Source: an uncultured Nitrososphaerota archaeon
GTDB lineage: Archaea > Korarchaeota > Korarchaeia > Korarchaeales > Korarchaeaceae
Reading direction: 5' to 3'
Length of the DNA: 32,000 bases
Assembly (NCBI GenBank): GCA_964480775.1
Contig: CAYZRF010000001.1
Location: 88,201-120,200, forward strand
In this document: positions 26,728 through 32,000 of the stretch, piece by piece
Numbering within the stretch: the stretch's first letter is position 1
Layout: every line of letters starts with the position of its first letter
Position numbers and translations under genes: made by a program
Notes under the pieces: model-generated
What the model was told of the DNA's origin: nothing
The model's input: the letters and a program-made list of their open reading frames with translations, nothing else
Database searches by the model: none

Positions 26728-27597
26728 TCAAAACTTTTTTGGCGTATATTCCTTCAAGGTATATCTTAACAAGCTTCTAACTAAAAGATCTATTATAAAA
26801 TCAGTGTTTGAGAAAGTATTATCTCCTAAAAGAAACATTCCACCTAGACCAACTTCAAATAGTCTTTCTCTAAGATCCTTAGGTATATGAGCCATTCCAA
26901 CATCGAGCTTATTCAAAATTTTCTCCTTGTATCTAGTTTCTTTCAATAAGGGGGCTGCACACCCAATCAGCTTCAAGTAGGAAAGTGCATATAGAGTCAT
27001 TCCATTTCTAGAGTCTTTCACCAAATCATAAGTCTCTAAATCTTCTTTCGTTGGCTCAAGGAGGTATGATACGTATGCTACCTGATCCTCCAAGAATCCT
27101 TTGTTCACGAATAACCTCGTGACTTCATAATCCTTGACTGCTATGGAAGTTAGGTACAGGATATTGTACAAGAACTCGCTATTTAGACCAAGTTCGATCC
27201 CTAGAGAGAGGAGAGACGAAGGAATGCGGAATTTGTAATACTTAGGAGAGCCATGTAGCACCGAGTGACCAACTTCATGTCTTATGCAACCATCCCTGAC
27301 AAGAGGTTGAACCTTTCTTAGAGAGTCCATCCTAAGGATAATCCTAGGTCTTCCTCTCCAAGCATCATGGGTAGCGATAAAACGGTTGCCAAATTCGGCA
27401 GATGCTATTTCTAAAGTAGCCCGCTCTTTTTTCATGAAATTCATGGCCGAATCAGAATCAGCGAATAGGTAGAGATCAAGCTCAAGCCCTTCCTTCTTCC
27501 CTATCTTTTTGTAACACCTTTCAATAAGGTTGATAATGTACTCAATTTCAGCATCATCAATTGAACCAAACTTTCTGAGCTTAATGGTAACTTTCAT
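26728..27597 (-). CDS. Hypothetical protein with HExxH zincin motif
   Basis: 289-aa ORF with an ATG start. CIRHEVGHSVLHG carries HEVGH (27265-27279). No family recognised. Confidence 0.5.
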   Translation of the reverse strand: MKVTIKLRKFGSIDDAEIEYIINLIERCYKKIGKKEGLELDLYLFADSDSAMNFMKKERATLEIASAEFGNRFIATHDAWRGRPRIILRMDSLRKVQPLVRDGCIRHEVGHSVLHGSPKYYKFRIPSSLLSLGIELGLNSEFLYNILYLTSIAVKDYEVTRLFVNKGFLEDQVAYVSYLLEPTKEDLETYDLVKDSRNGMTLYALSYLKLIGCAAPLLKETRYKEKILNKLDVGMAHIPKDLRERLFEVGLGGMFLLGDNTFSNTDFIIDLLVRSLLRYTLKEYTPKKF

Positions 27598-27741
27598 TCC
27601 TGATCCCTGAAGTTATGAGATTACTAAAAGATGACAAATGGCATAAATAACCTTTGAACAGTCCTTTGTAAAGAAGAATTTTAAGTCTGGCCATTTTTAT
27701 GCATCTGCCCGAAGTCATTTCACAATTAGAGAGGTATAGAA

Positions 27742-29826
27742 ATGGGCAAAAACATCATATGCGTGGACATAGGTGGTACGTTTACAGACGTCATAGCCTT
27801 AGATGTAGAGACAGGAGAGGTAGTGAGAGAGAAAGTTCTATCAACGCCTAAAGAACCAGAAATCGCGATGTTAAGTGCAGTTTCTAATGTTTTTGAGAGA
27901 ATAAAGTACAAAGAGGTTGAATTCATAGTACATGCAAGTACAATAGCCACAAATGCAATCTTAGGTCAAATAGGGCTTGAACTTCCAAAATGTGCGATGT
28001 TGACTACGAAGGGCTTTAGAGACATCATTGTGATAGGTAGACAGCAGAGACCAGAACTTTACAACATCTTCTTTCAAAAACCAAGGGAACTCATTCAACG
28101 CAAGTACAGGTTTGAAATAGAGGAAAGGACTGGGCCCGATGGCAGCGAAATAATGCCTTTAAATCAGGAAGATGTCAAAAGGGCTATATCTAAGATAAAA
28201 GAAGAAGATATAAAGGCAGTAGCTATTTGCTTCCTCAACTCTTATGCGAATCCAACGCACGAGATGAAAGCAAAAAACCTCGTAGAAAAGGAGTGTAAAG
28301 TATTTACAGTGGCTTCAAGCGAGATCTGCCCAGAGTATAGAGAATACGAGAGGTTCAGCACAGCAGTTGTAAACGCAGTTCTTATGCCCATCGTCTCCTC
28401 ATACTTAGGACGCCTCAGACAAGGACTTGAGGAAATGGGTTTGAACTGTCCTCTCTTGATGATGAAATCAAGCGGTGGTCTTATCTCTAGCCAAAGAGCT
28501 GTGAGGATGCCTGCAGCGATAATAGAGTCTGGTCCCGCCGCAGGAGTCATTGCAGCAACGTTCTATGCAGAGTTGATTGGTTTAGAAAACATCCTGAGCT
28601 TTGACATGGGAGGAACTACAGCTAAAGCTGGCACCATAGTGGACAGAACCCCCGAGGTCACTAGGGAATACGAGGTGGGGGGCAGAACTCATAAGGGAAG
28701 GTTGGTCAAGGGAAGTGGTTACCCGGTTAGGTTTCCATTCATAGATCTTGCAGAGTGCAGTGCTGGAGGAGGCACCATTGCATGGGTGGATGAAGGAGGC
28801 TTTCTGAGAGTTGGTCCCGTAAGTGCTGGATCGGATCCCGGACCTGCTTGTTATGGAAAAGGAGGCAGCGATCCCACTGTAACAGATGCAAACGTGATTC
28901 TTGGAAGGTTAAATCCAAAATATCTTCTTGGAAGGGCATTGAAAATCCATAAAGAGCTGGCTGAAAAGGCAATAAGGGAGAAGATATGTGATTCTTTAGA
29001 ATTAGATATAGTGGAGGCAGCAAACGGAGTAATTGAAATTGTGAACTCTGAGATGAGCAGAATTTTGCGCATAATGTCAGTTGAGAGGGGACTTGATCCA
29101 AGAGAATTTGCTCTCATGGCCTTTGGAGGAGCTGGACCAATGCACGCTTGTTGGCTTGCTGAAGAGTTGTCCATAAATCTCATAATTATACCCCTAGATC
29201 CAGGACTCTTCTCTGCATGGGGCTTGATGTCTGCAGATGTAACGCATGAAGTTTCCAAACCCTTGATGACGACGTCAATTGATCATGAAAGGCTTGAAGA
29301 TCTCTTTGAAAGTCTAGAAAAAGAGGCAAGAGAGGTTCTTTTGGAACAAGGAATCAAAGAAGGAAAAATATTCCTCTTCAGAGAGCTGGATGTGAGGTAT
29401 TTAGGACAGTCTTACGAGTTACAAGTTTCAGTTCCTTCTGAACTAAACGAAAACTCTCTGAACAAGGTAATAGAGTCCTTCCATGAGAAACACAGAAGGA
29501 TGTATGGTTATTACATGCGCGATGAAGAGGTTGAGTTTGTAAATGCAAGAATAAAAGCAATTGGAAGGATCATAAGGCCAAATATCCCGAAACAACCACT
29601 TCAAGGCGCTGTTCCAGATGAAAATTCAATATTGGGCTTTAGAGAGGTGTATTTTGGCAGAGAAGAAGAGTTCCACAAGACTCCAATCTACATTAGAGAA
29701 AGGCTTAAACCAGGAAACATGATTGAAGGTCCGGCCATAATCGAGCAATACGATACGACAACAGTGATTCCTCCCGGATGGAGTGCAAAGGTTGATGAGT
29801 TTGGTTCCTTGAGGGTGGTGCGTTAA
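27742..29826 (+). CDS. hyuA: Hydantoinase/oxoprolinase family, A subunit (HyuA-like)
   Basis: N-terminal VDIGGTFTDV and internal FDMGGTTAK (ASKHA-fold phosphate loops typical of HyuA/OplA). 694 aa. SD AGAGAGGT. Confidence 0.85.
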   Translation: MGKNIICVDIGGTFTDVIALDVETGEVVREKVLSTPKEPEIAMLSAVSNVFERIKYKEVEFIVHASTIATNAILGQIGLELPKCAMLTTKGFRDIIVIGRQQRPELYNIFFQKPRELIQRKYRFEIEERTGPDGSEIMPLNQEDVKRAISKIKEEDIKAVAICFLNSYANPTHEMKAKNLVEKECKVFTVASSEICPEYREYERFSTAVVNAVLMPIVSSYLGRLRQGLEEMGLNCPLLMMKSSGGLISSQRAVRMPAAIIESGPAAGVIAATFYAELIGLENILSFDMGGTTAKAGTIVDRTPEVTREYEVGGRTHKGRLVKGSGYPVRFPFIDLAECSAGGGTIAWVDEGGFLRVGPVSAGSDPGPACYGKGGSDPTVTDANVILGRLNPKYLLGRALKIHKELAEKAIREKICDSLELDIVEAANGVIEIVNSEMSRILRIMSVERGLDPREFALMAFGGAGPMHACWLAEELSINLIIIPLDPGLFSAWGLMSADVTHEVSKPLMTTSIDHERLEDLFESLEKEAREVLLEQGIKEGKIFLFRELDVRYLGQSYELQVSVPSELNENSLNKVIESFHEKHRRMYGYYMRDEEVEFVNARIKAIGRIIRPNIPKQPLQGAVPDENSILGFREVYFGREEEFHKTPIYIRERLKPGNMIEGPAIIEQYDTTTVIPPGWSAKVDEFGSLRVVR

Positions 29827-31485
29827 ATGGATCCTGTAACTGTTGAGGTCATAAGAGGAGGGCTCGTTTATGCTGCCGAGGAAATGGGAATAGTTCTGAG
29901 GAAGACAGCTTACTCTCACAACATAAAGGAGAGAATGGACCATTCTTGTGCGATATTTGACAGCAAAGGGAGGTTGATTGCTCAGGCTGAACACATACCT
30001 GTTCATCTGGGTTCGATGTCAATCGCCTTGAAGAACTGCCTTAAGGAGATCGATTTCACTCTTGAGGAGGGAGACATGGTGGTCTTCAATGATCCTTACC
30101 TGAGCGGAACGCACCTCCCAGACATAACACTGGTAGCACCGGTATACGAGGGGAAGGAGCTGCTTGGTTATGTTGTAAACAAAGCTCATCACTCTGATGT
30201 AGGGGGAAAGGCTCCTGGTAGCCTTCCAGGAGATGCTAGCGAGATATATCAAGAAGGGCTGATAATCCCTCCAGTAAGGCTTGTAAGAAAAGGAGACATA
30301 GCTAAGGACGTCCTAAAGCTGATATTGTCAAATGTGAGGACTCAGAAGATAAGGATGGGAGATCTTAAAGCGCAAGTAGCTGCAAATCTGCTGGGAATAA
30401 GGAGATTAAGAGAGATCGCACAGAAGTTCGGAATAGGTGTGGTTAACGAGGCTATCGACGACATACTTGATTACTCGGAGAGGAGAATCAGGAAAAAGAT
30501 ATCAGAGATAAAAGAAGGATCTTATGAGGCAGAGGACTATCTGGAAAGCACTGGAACGGAGGATAAACCCGTAAGGCTGAAAGTAAGGGTTCAAGTGAAA
30601 GGAGATGAGATCTCTTTTGACTACTCTGGTACCGATCCTCAAGTAAATGGACCGGTGAATGCTGTTCTTGGAGTAACTTTGGCTGGAATTTATTACGTCT
30701 TAATGTGCATTACGGATCCAACAATTCCCATGAATGAGGGCTGTTTTAGACCTGTTTCTGTGAACGTGCCAAAGGGATGCGTGCTGAATCCAGTAAGACC
30801 AGCCCCCGTAGGAGGAGGAAACGTTGAAACGTCTCAGAGGAATGTAGATGTGCTCTTTAAAGCTCTTTCAAAAGCCATTCCCCAAAAAGTTTGTGCAGCT
30901 GGCCAAGGCACGATGAACAATGTTTGTGTTGGTGGAATAGATGCCTCAGGGAAACAGTGGGTCTTCTATGAGACAATAGGTGGGGGGTATGGAGGGAGGC
31001 AGGGGCTTGACGGAGTTGACGGAGTTCAGGTCCACATGACAAACACAATGAACACTCCGATTGAGGCAATAGAAGCATCTTATCCCATTCTATTCTTGAG
31101 ATATGAGCTTAGAAAGGATAGTTGTGGGGCTGGAAAGTGGAGAGGAGGCTGTGGTATAGTCAGAAGCTGGAAACTTCTGGGAAAGCATGCTTCGCTCTCC
31201 ATAATGGCAGAAAGACATAAGATAGCACCATGGGGTCTCTTTGGTGGAAATCCTGGGATGACAGGCGAAGCTCTGATAATTAAACCAGATGGAAGTAAGA
31301 TGAAATTACCCTCAAAGTGCACCGTAACGCTGAAAAAAGGCGACGTCTTCATAATTTTTACTCCTGGCGGTGGGGGGTATGGAAAACCACAAGAGAGAAG
31401 CCAAGAAGCGATATTGAAGGACTTTGAGAATGAGTTACTTTCAAAGGAAAAAATTATTGAAGATTACGGTTTTGAGCCTTCTTAA
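29827..31485 (+). CDS. hyuB: Hydantoinase B/oxoprolinase family (HyuB-like)
   Basis: DPVTVEVIRGGL...A.EM......TAYS..IKER.D.SCAIFD is the typical HyuB opening, with FNDPY..GTHLPD following. The ATG directly abuts the hyuA stop (TAAATG). Confidence 0.85.
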   Translation: MDPVTVEVIRGGLVYAAEEMGIVLRKTAYSHNIKERMDHSCAIFDSKGRLIAQAEHIPVHLGSMSIALKNCLKEIDFTLEEGDMVVFNDPYLSGTHLPDITLVAPVYEGKELLGYVVNKAHHSDVGGKAPGSLPGDASEIYQEGLIIPPVRLVRKGDIAKDVLKLILSNVRTQKIRMGDLKAQVAANLLGIRRLREIAQKFGIGVVNEAIDDILDYSERRIRKKISEIKEGSYEAEDYLESTGTEDKPVRLKVRVQVKGDEISFDYSGTDPQVNGPVNAVLGVTLAGIYYVLMCITDPTIPMNEGCFRPVSVNVPKGCVLNPVRPAPVGGGNVETSQRNVDVLFKALSKAIPQKVCAAGQGTMNNVCVGGIDASGKQWVFYETIGGGYGGRQGLDGVDGVQVHMTNTMNTPIEAIEASYPILFLRYELRKDSCGAGKWRGGCGIVRSWKLLGKHASLSIMAERHKIAPWGLFGGNPGMTGEALIIKPDGSKMKLPSKCTVTLKKGDVFIIFTPGGGGYGKPQERSQEAILKDFENELLSKEKIIEDYGFEPS

Positions 31486-31553
31486 AGATTATTAAGAAGA
31501 ATTAGATTGCGAGCTATCCATCTTAAAATGATTTATTTTAGAAGGGGGAGTTT

Positions 31554-31982
31554 ATGAAGATAAGAAGACTTGTTCCAGACGACTATGAAAAGATTATTGA
31601 GCTATGGAAAGTGGCAGGACTACCCTATAAACCAAAGGGGAGAGATAGTAAGGAATCTATTGAAAAACAAATGAAAGAAAATCCAGAATTCTTCATCGGG
31701 GTATTTGTTGGGGATAAACTCGTAGGAACGGTTGTAGCTTCCTTTGACGGAAGAAAGGGATGGATTAATAGACTAGCAGTTCACCCAAAGTACAGAAGAA
31801 GAGGAATAGGAGAACTTTTGATTAAGAAGGCAGAAGCCGTTCTTAAAGAAAAAGGAGCATGGATAATTTCTGCCCTCGTCGAAAAGGAGAACGAACCTTC
31901 CTTGAATTTATTCAGAAAGTGCGGTTACAAAATATCTAATGATGTAATCTATGTGAGCAAGAGAGATAGCGATCTTGTTTGA
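31554..31982 (+). CDS. GNAT family N-acetyltransferase
   Basis: 142 aa. Acetyl-CoA motif A VHPKYRRRGIGELLIKKAE. SD GGGGGAG upstream. Confidence 0.8.
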   Translation: MKIRRLVPDDYEKIIELWKVAGLPYKPKGRDSKESIEKQMKENPEFFIGVFVGDKLVGTVVASFDGRKGWINRLAVHPKYRRRGIGELLIKKAEAVLKEKGAWIISALVEKENEPSLNLFRKCGYKISNDVIYVSKRDSDLV

Positions 31983-32000
31983 AGAGCTGTATAAGTTCTT

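Noticed and set aside
28242-29258. Antisense ORFs of 102-135 aa inside hyuA
   Set aside because: The hyuA frame has strong family motifs along its full length. The antisense ORFs have odd composition (Gln/Leu/Pro/Ser-rich) and no translation signals.
1-32000. CRISPR arrays, IS elements, toxin-antitoxin pairs or recognisable defence-island genes
   Set aside because: I scanned the intergenic regions and short ORFs by eye on both strands. There are no regularly spaced direct repeats, no transposase, integrase or Cas-like motifs, and no terminal inverted repeats.

Overview
The window looks like chromosomal DNA from an archaeon, probably a (hyper)thermophile. Evidence: a reverse gyrase, a nurA-herA-mre11-rad50 cluster, AGA/AGG/ATA-rich codon usage, TATA-like boxes about 25-35 nt upstream of starts, GGAGG/GGTGA Shine-Dalgarno-like motifs, and many GTG/TTG starts. 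It is densely coding, with about 28 genes and one tRNA. I saw no CRISPR array, transposase, integrase or rRNA.

Left to right:
- a decayed DUF885-like gene end
- a 608-aa coiled-coil protein, divergent from an MglA-like GTPase and a Roadblock/MglB-like protein
- NikR, an STT3/AglB-like GT-C membrane protein and a CoA-binding protein
- a co-directional minus-strand block nurA-herA-mre11-rad50-reverse gyrase
- two V4R-domain proteins with a DUF3795 Cys-rich protein and a helical protein
- a solo B3/B4 domain protein, a URO-D-like protein and tRNA-Thr(UGU)
- a second type IA topoisomerase, an MFS transporter and a uridine-phosphorylase-like enzyme
- a PrsW-type protease, an orphan HExxH protein, a hydantoinase A/B pair and a GNAT acetyltransferase

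The most interesting signal is the Rad50 homologue. It has canonical ABC-ATPase head motifs but no cysteine at all, so no CxxC zinc hook. At the exact midpoint of its coiled coil it carries two back-to-back hydrophobic helices, a predicted membrane hairpin. The gene sits in an otherwise canonical, translationally coupled HerA-NurA-Mre11-Rad50 operon, with reverse gyrase attached as an apparent fifth gene. This suggests a membrane-tethered end-resection machine.

Secondary oddities:
- Mre11 has GHHD instead of GNHD, and Glu in motif I
- reverse gyrase has a degenerate N-terminal zinc finger
- the second type IA topoisomerase reads Y-I-G-T-E where the conserved Y-x-R-T-D catalytic motif is expected
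- the STT3-like protein reads AADYY where WWDYG is expected

All functional calls come from motif recognition by eye. No database search was run.
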